Shown: positions 25,705-39,645 of the stretch, in pieces
How the letters are laid out: each line of letters starts with the position of its first letter
How positions within the stretch are numbered: the stretch's first letter is position 1
DNA from: Lama guanicoe
Taxonomy: Eukaryota
Assembly: GCA_013239625.1 (NCBI GenBank)
Contig: MU054323.1
Location: 12,097,694 to 12,161,693 of the forward strand
Length of the DNA: 64,000 nt
Reading direction: 5' to 3'
Position numbers and translations under genes: made by a program
The notes under the pieces: generated by a model
Seen by the model: only the letters and a program-made list of their open reading frames with translations
Told to the model about the DNA's origin: nothing
The model's database searches: none

Positions 25705-28050
25705 CTTTCATTCATTTATTCAAATAGTATTTATTGAGGTCTTACTATGTATACCAAGCACTGTACTAAACACCAAGGATACAGTAGTGAGAAAAACAGC
25801 CAAGGTGTCTGTTCTCACAGAGCTGACATTTCAGTGAAGAAACACAGAAATGAATTAAAATAACAAAAAAATTAAAAATCACATAATATCACTACAAAGC
25901 AGAAAATCAAAATAGGATAATGAGAGAGTGGATTGGGGTGGGAAGGAAATACCTCTACTGTAGATGAGGTCAATAAGGAAAGCTTTTCTGAAGATTTGGC
26001 ATCTTTCCTATGATTTGAATAATGAGAATACAAAGGTCTGAGGGAGAGCGTTCTGGTAGCAGGACTAACAGGTGCAAAGGTCCTGAGGCTAGTATAGGTT
26101 TAGAATGTCTAAAAAAACAAAAGTGTCACAGCTAATGCTTTAACTAGATGGGGGAAATTAAGGAGATGTGAACAGGATGATAACTTTAAAAAATCACATC
26201 AAACTTTATGGGCCATTGTGAGGAGTTTGGATTTTTAAGTGCAATAGTAAACGATCGGCAGGTTTTAAGCAGAGAAGAAGTAGGATCTGATGTCAGTTTA
26301 TTATTACTACAAAAGAAGTATGTATGTTTTGTGTGAGACGAAACACTAATTAGCAAAAGTAAGAAAACCTGGACACTTTATTCCTACCACCCAAGAACTG
26401 CCACCATCAAACACCTAGGGCATTTCCTTCCAGATCTTCATCTTACATGATATCTAGGCATATTCCAATTTCCCAGAATTCCTCTTCTAGATGGTTCATG
26501 TAAACCGAAGTCTAATACAGGACCATACCTGACACCTGGTGATTATATCCTTTAAGGCCATTTTAATCTAAACTAGACTCCTTACTTTTTTTTTTTCCAG
26601 GACACTGACTTCTTGAAAAGACCAGACAGTGGTCCTTCAGAATGCCCTCCCCTTTTTATATAAGACTGGCTTACTTCCACATGGTGGCATTTGACTTATT
26701 TTTGTATTCTCTATAATTCCTATAAACTGACAAAAATCATTTTCCTGTATGGCTATGTTACCAGTTTACTGTGAAGTTAGGTACATTTTTCGTTTGTTCT
26801 CAATGTTAAGGGACTTTCTTCCATTTAGATCTTTTTAAAGTGCATTGTAAAGTTCCATGATTCAAAGGACAAAACTATACTTAAAAAACAGTTCTGCCTA
26901 CCATTCTTTTTATCCCAAACCCTAGAGATAACCTTTTTTACATTAGTTTCTTTTCTATCAATCCAATATTTCCTTTTCCAATTTTATACACACATACAGC
27001 CATTGTCCTTCTATCCCATTTTTACATAAAAAGCAGCATACTATATACACCATGCACACTTTATTTTTATTTAACCACATGTTCTGGAGATGTCTCCACA
27101 GGAGCACAGAGATGTTCCTTGCTTTTGTTTTTCATTATCTGGTTGTTTCTGTGGCTCCAGAATACTCCATTGCGTGCCTGTATTAGCATTCGCACAATTA
27201 GTCTTCTGGCTGTTCTTGTTTTCAAATGTTCACTCTGACTGTTGTGTGGAGAAGGGGCTACTGAAGGCCAGGACCAGAGGTAGGAAGGTTAGTCTGAAGG
27301 TCACTGTGGCAGTCCAGGCAAGAGGTCATCGTGGCTCAGACCAGGATACAGTTAGTGCGGTCAGGGAGAACTGAGCCCCGTTGGCACCTATTTTGGAGCT
27401 AGAGGCAGCTGTATTAAGCTTTTGTAGAGAATGAGGTGTGTGATGTAAAGAAAATTAAGGATAATCTCTGTCTTTTTAGTTTGAGCCAAAATAATGTACA
27501 AACACTGAACCTTTACTTTAGTAAAGAACTTTAGTTCCTCCTGCAGATAATGAAAAAAACTCAATGATCAGTGTTTTCTACTTACTATTTTAGGTAAGTG
27601 GTCAGGAAAAATCTTTCTGAGACAGTATGAATTAACAGAGACTTAAATAAAGTGAAGGACCAAGCTCCATCAAAACACAGGGCTAGGAATTCTAGGCAAC
27701 AGGTGTAGACTGTACAAAAGCTCTGGGCAGGACAGGCTTTGACCGCTGCAGGTCCAGAAAGGCCAATGAGGCTACAGCACAGAAGATGAGGTGAATGGAC
27801 ACAGGAGATTAAGTCAGGAAAGGGGGCAGGACCAAGAGCATTTGGGTTTCAAAGGCAGTTGTAAGGAATTTGTGTTTTATCCTGAGATTAACAGAAATGT
27901 GTTGGAAGGTTTTGAGATGGGGAATGAAATGATGTTTTGCAAAGATCTCTGAGGCTGTATACAGAGAAAAGACAAAGGTGAGAAGAGGGCAGGATGGAAT
28001 CCTTGGGAGGTTACTGCAGTAGGACAGGGAGAGGTGATGGTGATTTAGCC
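25705..28050 (-). mobile_element. Fragmented L2 pieces with interleaved old L1 remnants
   Basis: tcattcatttattcaaatagtatttattgagg is the antisense L2 3' end. Also ggtgcaaaggtcctgagg, ggttttaagcagag, gcagtccaggcaagagg. Confidence 0.6.
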
Positions 28051-28104
28051 TGTGGGAAGGGATGTTTACTGGGGCATGGGTGAGACGTGGTCAGATTTAC
28101 TTAC

Positions 28105-28268
28105 CCAGGCTAAACCGTATGTCTGTGTACCACTCAGCAGGGTATTCAGCACAGTAAACCAGATAGTAGCTTTGGAGGAGTCCATTTCCCACGCAGAAGA
28201 CAAAGCCTCTGAAAAGGAAGACAACTGGAAAAGGCCTCCCTCTAGTGAGCAGTGAGTAAACAAATGTC
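28105..28268 (-). CDS. SRD5A2: SRD5A2 coding exon 2 (164 nt)
   Basis: Acceptor cccAG|GACA, donor TGG|GTAAGT. Manual translation (R)TFVYSLLTRGRPFPVVFLFRGFVFCVGNGLLQSYYLVYCAEYPAEWYTDIRFSL(G). This frame is not in the ORF track. Confidence 0.97.
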
Positions 28269-29715
28269 CTGGGATATATACAGGAGAAAGGTCAGGATCC
28301 ATTGTTTAAAAAAAAAAAAATCAAACAACGAGATGAAACAACAGGAAATCGCATCAAATCCATTTTTAAAAACTATTTCCCTTAAATGTATGCAGAGAAA
28401 AAACATTATTCCCTGGTCCTAGAACAATCATTTATGCTATTATTTGTCTTGTTTCATTAAAATGCATAGTAGCCACTATTACCACAGCCTTGAAAAGTAA
28501 ATTTCATCCTTATAAATAAATTCAATCCTATAAACAGAGGATTGGATCAGCTTTATATAGATCTAGAAGTGAAATCCAGATTACAGTAGAAGAAAAGTAA
28601 AGCCTGGTTACCCCCACGCAGCACTGGAATGGCATTTGACAGCAGCCACTCAATCGTATGGCTTTCCATATGTCTCTCTAATATGATTTAATTATGGACA
28701 CTAACATTCCCTAGAAAGTGGAATGCAGAACTCTTTGAGAAAAGAGAGAGACTCCTCTAAACGTTAGGAACTATGAATCTAGAGGAATCTAGGAAGATGT
28801 TAAAAAATATAAATAACCTCAAAACAAAAATACACCCATGATATAATGCCAAATACTAGACATCGAACTACATCCTATTTATAATTTTTCTTCTTTTTTG
28901 GAGCAATGTAACCATCATACAGGAAAGTTCATAAACCTATGTGAATAGTTTAATGAATTACCATCAAATAAACACCTATAAAGTCACTAACCAAGTCAAG
29001 AAATGGAACATTGCCATCACCCCAGAAGTAACCACCATCCTGATTTTTGTAATAATCATTTCCTTTTGCCTCTTTACAACTTTCCCACATTTGTATGCAT
29101 CCCTAAAAATATAGTTTATTTTGCTCATTTTTAATTCCATATAGAAGGAAACTCACCATTATGTTTCTGAAACTCAAGCGTGTTGTGAATAGCTACAGTT
29201 CATTTACTTTCATTGTTGTATGTTATTGTCATGTATGAATATACCACATGTGTTTATCTATTTTATTTTGATGGATATTTGGGTTGCTTCCATAATGTAC
29301 CTACTCAAAGATTATTTTCTCATTATTTTAATGATTTTTTCATTTTATGTTTATATCTTTGATATATCTGGAACTTACTTTGCGGTAAGAAGTTAGATAA
29401 TAATCCAAGTTAATCTTTTTCCTAATGCTAGTAAAGTTACTAAACCTCTCTTTCTAATTGACATGCATTGCCATTGGTATTACACACTAAATTATCATTT
29501 ATATTGGTTCCTCTTCTGGACTTCTGTTTCTGTTTCATTGATCTAACTACTGCCAGTACTACACTATTTTAATAATTGTATTTTTAAAAGCTGTCTTAAT
29601 ACTAGGTGGAGCTATTTTTATATCATTACTATTTTTAAGGATTTTCAAGGATTTATTTCTTCATGTGAACTTTAAAAGCAACTTGTGAAACACTCCCTCC
29701 CAAAAGTTAGAAATA

Positions 29716-29958
29716 CAGTTGACCCTTAAACAATACAAGTTTGAACTGCTTAAGTCCCCTTATACGTGGATTTTTAAAAATACTACAATACTACACTATA
29801 CAGGGTTGGTTGAATTCACACATGCAGAACCTTGAATATGGAGGAATGGAGGTTGCTGAGGAACCACGATCCGGAGGGCTGACTGTGAGTTATGTGTGGA
29901 TTTTCAGCTGCTCGAAGGACCAGTGCCCCTAACACGCACGTTGTTCAAGGGTCAAGTG
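29716..29958 (+). mobile_element. Tigger-family MITE (MER8-like), 243 bp
   Basis: Terminal inverted repeats cagttgacccttaaacaa / ttgttcaagggtcaagtg, with TA on both sides (29714-29715, 29959-29960). Confidence 0.85.
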
Positions 29959-29989
29959 TACTTTTAAATTAAAAAATTTATTAAAAGTG

Positions 29990-30690
29990 TGAAGTGGTAG
30001 AAGGAGGACCTCCAAGAGCACCACTCCATAAAAGCTAATCAAAAAAAAAAAAAAAAAAGTCAGAAATCTGGATATTAACCAAAGGCTTGCAGCAACCTGG
30101 GGAGCATTTAGGCGAGACAATGGCTGGCTCTCAGGAAGAGCAACAAGCTTTGTGGCATTTTAACACCCTAGTCTCATCTCCCACTTTCCATCTCTGCACA
30201 GGTCTGAAAAGTAATAACCTCCATTTCTGGGATTAGGGGGGAGCAAAACAGGATTGGAGCTCTTTCAAAATCTCATTCCCAAAGAAGTCACCTGTCTGGG
30301 TGGTTCCTGGAAGACTCCACTCAAAAGGCTTGTCTTTATTTCACCTCACTGAAACCCACCCAGTGGTAAAAGTTTCTGGAGATGGGAGTGTGTTTTTGAA
30401 TACTTTAGCAACACATTAACCAGAGGCAACGGATAACAGGTGGGGCAAATACTGGACTAATCAAAATTTCAAAAGGAAAGACTGAGGAATGAGATGCCCA
30501 GAAGGGCTTTGAAAATCTCACATATATTTCTGGGAATCTAGACAGCCATCCACATGCTCAAAAGATGACCTGGAAATGTCCTAAGCCCTCACCTCTCACT
30601 GACCTTGAAGTCTGGGCAAGGAGCAAGTAAAGCTAAAGCAGAGCTGTAAACTGCGTGGGTGGTTGTAAAGGACTTCTCTAACACGCACAC
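29990..30690 (+). mobile_element. Old L1M 5' region fragment
   Basis: ggatattaaccaaaggcttgcagcaacc...gctttgtggcattttaac resembles L1M 5' UTRs. Confidence 0.45.
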
Positions 30691-31459
30691 CGAGGCCCTT
30701 GAAAGCAGCATGTGTTACTCCCACCTTCATTCCTTTGGTGCCAGCCAACCACAAGGGTGACTGGGAAATTGGGAAATGCAACCTAGCTGTACAGGCAAAA
30801 GGCTTTGGAAAACCAAGTGTCTTGGAGAACAAATAAAATGATTCTAATTTGAAGGACTTTGCTGACTTTGCTACTGGAAAGTTGGAAGTAGTTTAAAATA
30901 AACGTTTCAGTGTAGAAAGCAGTTTTTAAAAAAAAAATGAAAAGGAAGGGGAGGAGGGTCGGCCAAGAGGCTGACCATCAGTCCTGTGGAGGGTTGCATG
31001 TGAATGTCACCTTCAGGTCCCAGTATGGCCCAAGACTCAGTTACCCTGGGGTTTGGGACCACTTTACTTTCATTCCTTTCTATACCTCTAATGTACATTC
31101 TCATTCTTTTGTGTTTATTCTGATAGAGCCTGATAAGTACTCTGTAAAGATAAAGTTTTCTATCACTGCTAGGTAAATATTCATTTGGGGGGACTCTTAC
31201 TGGAAAGGGTTAACTGAAATTGCAAATCCAAATTAAACTAAAGAAACAACCTTTAAAATTATACATCTTGCATAGACCATCTCATATTTAACTAAATCTT
31301 CTTCAAATATAAATGCTATTGCTAAGATTATCAAGCCTATTGAAGACTTCTCACTATATGAAATTTTAGACTTCACTGTCAATCAAAATAAATTCAGATT
31401 CTATATCTAAATACAAGGCTTCCATATATATATTTACTTGTTACATACAGTAGTAACTC

Positions 31460-32290
31460 CTTGCTCAACCTCATCTCCCCCTTTATCCACTACCCCATTT
31501 TTCTGCTTTCCTTTACACTAAAACTCCTCCAAATAGTTGTCTATGCTTGCCATCGTTGTCTTCTCTTCCTTTTTTCCTCCCTCCTCCCCTTCCAACAAAC
31601 TGACCTTAGCGAGATCACCAGAAACCTCCACGTTTCCAAATCCAAGAGCCAATTTTCAGCTCTATTCTTACTTGACAAGTTAATCACTCCATCCTTCTGG
31701 AAACACTGTCTCACTCAGCTTTCAGCCAGCACACCACTTTCTCTTGGTTCTCCTGCTTCACTGATTCTTCTAATTTTCCTTTGCTGGTTTCTCTTCAACC
31801 CCTTGACCTCTAAATATTGGTGTGCCCCAGGGCTCAGGACTCTTTTCTTCTTTATTTATACCCACTGTAGATGTAATCGCATCTAGTCCTGTATCTTTTA
31901 ATATCATCTATAGAATGACAACTCCCAAATTTTATGCCTCCAGGCAGGACGCCTGCAGTTCTTGAACTCAGGCTTATATAGCCAACTTCCTACTAGACAT
32001 CTAGTTTAAAGGGTGTCTCAAATTTAATACATCCAAACCCAAAGCCCTGATTCCCCACACTTCCCCAAACCTGCACTTCCCTGAACCTGTGCCATCTCAA
32101 TAAATGGCAAATTCATTCTTCCACTTGCTTGGACTGAGGACATTAAACTACCACTGACTTCTCCTATTCTCTCTCTCCCTTTTCTGCCTTTCTTTCTCTC
32201 TCTTTCTCTCTCTCCCATACAGTACACAAAATCTATTAGTAAATCCTGTCAGCTCTACCTTCAAAAATGTTTCCAGAATCTGGTCACACA
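31460..32290 (+). mobile_element. L2 LINE fragment
   Basis: atgacaactcccaaattt, ccaacttcctactagacatct, aaatcctgtcagctctaccttcaaaa. Confidence 0.75.
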
Positions 32291-32299
32291 CATCTCACC

Positions 32300-35200
32300 A
32301 TCTCTATAAAACAGGAAAATGACAAGAAAATCTCCAAAACCTGGCAACTTAGCAACACAATTCCACATAATTTATGGTTCACAGAGGAAGCCTCAAGGGA
32401 AATAAAAAACTATACTGAACTCAATGAAAATGAAAAATATAATGTATCAAAATTTGCAGGACGTAGCTAAATCAGTGCTCTGGGAAAAATGTGTAGCACT
32501 AAACACATACAACAGAAAATAGAAAAGGTCTCAAAACCTCCACCTTAAGACTCTAAGGGAAAAAAGAGGATAATAAACCCAAAGGTTGCAGAAGGCAATA
32601 AAAAAGAGCAAAAATCAACAAAATTCAAAATAGTAAAACAGTAAGAAAATGAATAAAACAAAAAACTATTCTTTGAAAAGATGAATAAAATATACCTTTA
32701 ATAAGAATAATTAAGAAAAAGAGAAAATATAATTGGGAAAGAAACGGGATTACATTACAGAACCTACAAACATCAAAAAGATACTAAAGAAATACTATCA
32801 ACAACTCTACATACATAAATTTGAAAGTTTAGATGAAATGGACTAAATCCTTGAAAAACACAAGCTATCACAACTCAACCTAATGAAATAAATCATTTGA
32901 TTAGCCCTATAACTATTAAGGAGACTTAACTCATAATTTTAAAACTTCTCGAAAAAGAAATCTCCAGGCCCAAATAGCTTTACTGGAGAATTCTACCAGT
33001 TTAAGGAAAAATTAACACTAATTCTTCAAAATCTCTTTATTTTATAAAGCTAATTATTACTCTGATACAGAAACCAGCAAAACGCAGTACAAAGATTAAA
33101 AAAAAAAAACAAGCCACTAAAGCCCATGAATATAGATACAAAAATCTTTAACAAACTATTAACAAACATGATTCAGCAATAGGTAAAAAGAATCACACAG
33201 CATGACCGGGTATAGGTTTATTCCAGGGATGCAAGATTGGTTCTATACTTTAAAAACAATCAATGCAATTCAACATTTTAACAGAATAAAAAGACAAATA
33301 TTCTGATCATATCAATCATTGTAAAAAAATTTGATGAAATCCAATATCTTTTAATGATTTTTTAAAAACCCAGAGAAAGCAGGAATAAAAAAAAAAACTT
33401 TCTGAACTTGATAAAGCATACCTACAGCTAACATACTTAATGGTCAATGACTGAATGTTTTCACTCAAAGATCATGAACGAAACAAGATGTCTGTTCTCA
33501 CCTCTCTGATTTAACAGTGTTGGAAATTGTAGTCACTGCAATAAGGTGAGAAAAAAATTAAAAGCATACAGATCAGAAAGGAAGAAATAAAACTGTTCCT
33601 GTTTGAAAATAACATGATCGTCTCTAGAAAATCCCAAAGAATATACAAAAAACAAAAACTAAAACTCCTAAAAAGTGAATTCAGCGAGTTTTCAGGATAC
33701 AATATATACAATTACATGTCCAAATGCTATTAATAAACATAAGGATACTGAAATTAAAAATACAAAGTAACATTTCCTATAGTTCAAAACATAAAATACT
33801 TAGGTGTAAATCTAACAAAATACATACAGGATTTGTATGTAAAAACTACAAAGCATTAATGAGAGAAATTAAAGATGATTTAAATAAATAAGGATATATT
33901 ATGTTCATGGATTAAAAGTCTCGACATAGTAATGATGCCAATTATCCCCAAATTGATAATAAAACTCCTATTAAATTCTAGATTTAATAAGGTTTTTAGG
34001 ATTTTTTATAAACATAGACAACATAATTATAAAATTTATATGGAAAGGTAAAGGAACTTTGACAGCTAAAATACTCTAAAAAGAATAAAGTGGGAGGAAT
34101 TAGCACACCAGATTTCAAGACTTACTGTATAGTACAGTGATTGAGACTGTGTGGTGTAAGTGGAGGACAGACACATCCATCAATGGAACAGAAAACCCGG
34201 AAAAAGACCCACACAAGTAGGCCCCCTGGTTTTTAACATAAAAATGGAAAAGCAATTAAATAGAGGAAAACAGCCTTTCAACCAGGACATAATTCTCAGG
34301 ATCTAGGGCTAAGCAAAGAGGTCTTAAACTTGATACCAAAAGCACCATCAATAAAAGAAAAAATTGAAAAAAAAAAGAAAAGAAATTCATAAACTGTATT
34401 TTACCAAAATTTCTTTTCATAAGACTCCATTAAGAGAATTAAAGTATAAGCTACACATTGGAGAAAATATCTGCAAACCACATCTTTTCAAAGAACTAGA
34501 ATTCAGAATAAAGAACTCTCAAAACTCAACATAAAAAACAAAAAATTAAATCAGAAAGTGGGCAAAGACATAAACAGACACATTACCTATGATTTATTAT
34601 ATACACATGGCAAATATGTACATGAAAAGATGTTCAACACCATTAACCTTTGGGAAATCTACATTAAAGCGACAATGAGGTTTATTGCACACCTGTAAGA
34701 ATGACTAAAATAAAAACTGACAACACCAAATAGTGGAAAATACATGAAGAAATTGCATCACATACAATGCTGTTGGGAATGTACAGGTGGGAATGAATTG
34801 AATGCATATACTTTTCATGACATGCCAAAGCACTTTATTTAAATCCAATAGTTTTTAAAATTACAAAATATTGAGAAATCATTCATTTCCTTAAGATATC
34901 TCAGGGAAATAGCATTGGATTATGCTCATTTTGTTTTGTTTTAAATTAGAGCTGTTATTTTTTTGTTGTTGTAGTTTCTGTTACTTAGCTTAGTTTAGAT
35001 GACTTGTCAGTAAATTACTTTGGCTTAACAATCACTATGTTTTAAAGCTTGTAAGGAAAAACACTGAAGATGAATATATCTGCATATCTATCCCATATCT
35101 ATCTATCCATCAATCATCTCTCCACCCATAGACATAAATAAGATAATTTTTACTCTCATGTGATAATTTTACTGTGTTTATTCAGTTTACTTAACAGCTA

Positions 35201-35950
35201 TAATTTCTGACATATAATTGGAGAACATACTTCAAAAAGCTAATGTTTTTTGCTTCATAAAAACGTTTGCTTCACAATTTCAAAAAAAAAAGCCACTCTG
35301 GAAAACAGTAGGGCAGTTTTTCTTCAAAATCTAAACATGAACCTACCATATTACCTAGCAATTGCATTCCTGGGCATTTAACCCAGAGAAGTAAAAATTT
35401 ATGTTTTTCAAAAACATGGATATGAATGTTTTAGCAACTTTATTCATAATAGTCAAAGACTGGAAACAACTCAGATGTCCTTCAATGGGTGATTAAATAC
35501 TCTGAGGTATATTCATACCATAGAATACTATTCAGCAAGAAAAAGAGATGAACTAGCGATACATGTAACAAGATGCATGAATCTCCAGATAATTACGCTG
35601 AATGAAAAAAACTAATTCCAAAAGGTTACATACTGTATGCTGCCATTTATATAACATTTTTGAAATCACAAAGGTAAAGAAATGAAGAAGAGATTAGCCA
35701 TTGCCAGGGATTAAGGTGGGGCTGAGAACAGGAGGAGCTTGAGTGTGACAATGTTAAGGATCTCCTGGTAGATGGAAATGTTCTATCTCTTGCCTTTACC
35801 AAGTATCAATATCCTGGTTGTGATACTGTAGTATAAAATTGCGAGATGTTACCTTTGGAGAAAACTGGGTAAAGATTATACAGAATCTCTATGTGTTGTT
35901 TCTAATAATTACATGTGAATCTATAATTATCTCAAAATAAAAGTTTAATT
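32300..35950 (+). mobile_element. L1M ORF2 remnant and 3' UTR, interrupted at ~34787-35291
   Basis: ccaggcccaaatagctttactggagaattctacca, tttattccagggatgcaag; ends ctataattatctcaaaataaaagttt. Confidence 0.85.
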
Positions 35951-36449
35951 AACAATTACACATTGTCCACATGTATATATGTCCTGAACAATGGTGGCTG
36001 ACTTGGAGAATCTATTTTAGCTGTAACAACTATGTTTGTGTACATGTGCAGAAAGATTCTTTCTGTCTGGCTTAGGAGAGAGTGCCTGAATTCTCTAGGT
36101 CAGTAGTAGATATGGCTCAGTATCAAAATCACTACGCCTACTAAATTAAACTCTCTTGAGGATTTACGAAAGCTCTTCAGATGATTCTGACACCACCAGT
36201 CTGGCATACATACACAGATCTAAGTGGTAGATACAAGAGATGCTCAGTTGTGTGAATGCTAACCCAGAAGCTGACATAATTCTTGGGGTAAAAATACTCA
36301 ATAAATAAATGAGAAAGTTAAAAAGCACACAATAAATAAGTAGTGGATTACTCTAAATTTTATTCATCATCTTTCTACTTCATTGTTTCTATTTAATTAA
36401 CTGTGGCAAAGTTAAAATGGTTGATATGCTACTTCCTAAATATATAACT

Positions 36450-36990
36450 ATATTAGTTAGTTATTGCTGCATAATAAACAATTCCAAAACTTAGTGGTTA
36501 AAAACACCAACAAACATATTTTTACTCATAGTTTCTATGTGTCAGAAATTCAAGAGTGGCTTGGCTGGGCAGTTCTGGAACAGGGTCCCTTATGAAACTG
36601 CACTAAAGGTATTGACCAGGACTTCAATTATCTGAAGTCTTCCAAGATGGCTCACTCATATGGTTGAAGAGTTGGTACTAGCTGTGGGCAAGAGACCTCA
36701 TCTCCTCATGTGAGCCTTCTCCACACTGACTTCAACCAAGGGTGGCTTAGGTATCCTCATGACATAGTGGCAGTTTCCCCCAGGACAAATGATCCAAGAG
36801 GAAGTACCAACAGAAGTTATCTTTTTTGTGACTTAGTCTCAAAAGTCACATACCATCACTTTGCCACATTGTATTTGCTAGAAGCGAGTCACAAATTCTG
36901 GGCCCCACTGAAGGAGAGAGGAACTGGGTACCATCTTTTCAAGAGGAAGTCAAGTCAAAAAATTTGTGGACATATTTTTTAACTACCACA
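36450..36990 (-). mobile_element. MLT1 MaLR solo LTR
   Basis: tattagttagttattgctgcataataaac...aaaacttagtgg...tccaagatggctcactcatatgg. Confidence 0.75.
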
Positions 36991-38255
36991 ATGACCTTGG
37001 AAACTTAACTCCTCTGAACTTCAGTTCCCCACTGATAAAAGGAGTATAATAATGGTACCAACTTCAGAAGGTTGTTGAAAGAATTAAATAGCATAATTGA
37101 ATGCAGAACTTATTAGAACTTAATGACAAAGTGTTCCTTTCTTTCCCCAAGCAAGGAAGTATATCATTAGAATTTCTTTGTATAAAGCTGAGGGCTTGCC
37201 TAAGACCAATGGTGAAAATGGTCTTTGTGCCCTATGGTCTGCTCATATCATATCCTCTGTGGGACCTACTTCCACTTCTTCTCTCTTTCCCCTAGGTTCT
37301 CAGGATCCCAGACATGCATGACACAGACATGCATGGTCACGTCCCAAAAGGTTTATTTTTCTTAGAAATTTTCCAGCCTTCAAATCATTTCTTTTCAGTT
37401 CTTTTATTAAAACTGACAACTCTCTTGGTCCAGTTCCTCAGGATGCTCTACTCCTGTTATCTTCTAAGTGATACCTAAAACCAATGGGCAATGATCTTTC
37501 AGAAATGGAGTTATCACCTGTTGTGAGTACATCTGCAACTGACTTGAGAGGACTAGGAAAGAGATTCAAGTTACACCAAAATATAAGACTGAAGATAAGC
37601 ACTATCCCCTGAAAAAATGCTGGGCCTGTCCCTAATTCATGCTTCACATAAATACTTTAACCAAGTAGTAATCGGATGGCACTCAAACCACCTAACATTA
37701 GCTCCACGTGAAAATGAGAATTGTGAATATGAAGAGAGAACATTTCATAACTAGAGAAACCTGGAAAGACGAGAACTCTAAATAGTTTTTTCAATGTGAA
37801 GTCCCCTGTGGCAATGGGTATCCCCATGGAGCATGAAGGCCCTGCATGAATGACAGGAGAAGTACGGAGAAAAGCATCCTAAAGTAGATGTGCAAGGACA
37901 TAGAGATCGTTTTTCTCAAGGTCTTAATGGTTGTCTTGCATGTAGCAACAAAAGTCATCATACAAGGGACTTCTTTGGCTCATCCCCTGCAAGACAGTCA
38001 ATGAAGAGTAGTCAATGATGCAAGATTCCATGTTACATTTCCGTGGGATTTATTTGCATTTTTTACCTGGCTCTCTGTAGACATATTGCTTTAAACCAAA
38101 GAAAACACTTGAATGGTAGGAATTTCAGATATGTTTAAGGGCCACAGAAAACAGCTGCAGGGACAAATGGTTCTTTGGTACCAATCAGATTGTGTTGGGT
38201 AGGCTTATTCTGTTCATTGACCCTGGTGCTCTGTGGTCCTGATAAGAAGAAATCT

Positions 38256-38257
<2 letters not shown>

Positions 38258-38320
<63 letters not shown>

Positions 38321-38401
38321 NNNNNNNNNNNNNNNNNNNNNNNNNNNNNNNNNNNNNNNNNNNNNNNNNNNNNNNNNNNNNNNNNNNNNGTGAAGAAAAA
38401 T

Positions 38402-38459
<58 letters not shown>
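38258..38459. repeat. (TG)n microsatellite split by an assembly gap
   Basis: TG runs at 38258-38320 and 38406-38459. Confidence 0.95.
38321..38389. other. Assembly gap (69 N)
   Basis: Run of n characters. Confidence 0.99.
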
Positions 38460-38460
<1 letters not shown>

Positions 38461-38729
38461 CAGAGAGAGACTTCTGGGCCAGTGAAGAACATAAAGCTCA
38501 CAGAAGTGTGGTAATTTTCCTAATGCCACACAGCTAAAAGGGGGCAGCAGAGATGGTATTTAAATGAGGATCTTCTGCTACAAAACAACTGACTCATTTC
38601 CAATTAGAAAGGATAACAGAGATCAAAATATACAATTGGAAAAAAAATCCCACATGCCCTTCCAAAGAATCCATGTTTGAATTTCATTATTTTAGTCTGA
38701 GGATCTTGCTGCATCTCTGGTAGTCATTT

Positions 38730-39230
38730 GTTGTATTTGCCACCCAGTATTACTCTCCCTTCTTATGGTAACTACCCGGTTCTCCACCAGTAACCCTCCC
38801 CCTTCCTATCTTAGTCCATGAAAAGGTTCAACCTCTCCAAGCTTCTCAATCAGAACAAGGATAACTCTATCACACTGATTGTTTCAGAGATGGGCGTATG
38901 ACCCAACAAACCCTAGTAAGGTTTTGCTTATGTTTTTTCTAGAACTGTTCTCTTCCACATGCCTTGGACCCGAGAGGATATATGCTCTTAGATGCTACAG
39001 TTGTCTTGCTACCACTAAAATATACCCTTTCTGAAAACAGAGCCAGTAAAAGAAGCAGAGCCAAGAGCTGGAGAGAGATACCAGGTCCTGATGGTATCTT
39101 TGGAACCACTACATCAAACTTGACCTGAAGTCAGAATTTTCCAGCCATGAGAGTTAATAAATTCAGGTTTTATTTAAATCTGCTTCAGTTGATTTTTCTG
39201 TCACTTGGAAATGAAAAGAGTCCTGATTAA
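38730..39230 (+). mobile_element. Old MaLR LTR (MLT1K/L-like)
   Basis: gatgggcgtatgacccaa...gaagcagagccaagagctggagagag...gagttaataaattc...tgtcacttggaaatgaaaagagtcct. Confidence 0.55.
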
Positions 39231-39645
39231 TGCACCATCATACTGTTCTCTTTTGAAATAAGCATCAAATTTTTCCAAGTTTAAAGCCAGAATTGGTGAA
39301 GGTTTTGAGTTGCATTTAATCATAAAATAGAGTTTTCCCAAAATTATTTTCTTGGAGCAGAACTCACCAAAAGGTCTTTCCTTGTTGGAGCCTCTCTGTA
39401 TGCCAAAGGGCACTGAGCCAACCAGTCCTCTGAGCCCATGGCCCACTTCTCTGAGTTCTTCCCAAGAAATAACAAACACTGTCAATGAACAGTCACTTGT
39501 CTGTATACTTAGATGATACCTGTCATTGTAAATAATGGTTTTGGACATATTAGAGAGTGGAAAGTACAGGCCAAATGCAAAGGTGACTAAACACAGAGTA
39601 AGTGGTGCATCCCATCCAAGCTTACATTTTATTATGGATCTTGTA

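Noticed and set aside
37309..37335. Short tandem duplication of cagacatgcatg
   Set aside because: Ordinary slippage-type micro-duplication in an intron.
38175..38529. CV- and TH-repeat ORFs
   Set aside because: Translations of the (TG)n microsatellite and the N gap.
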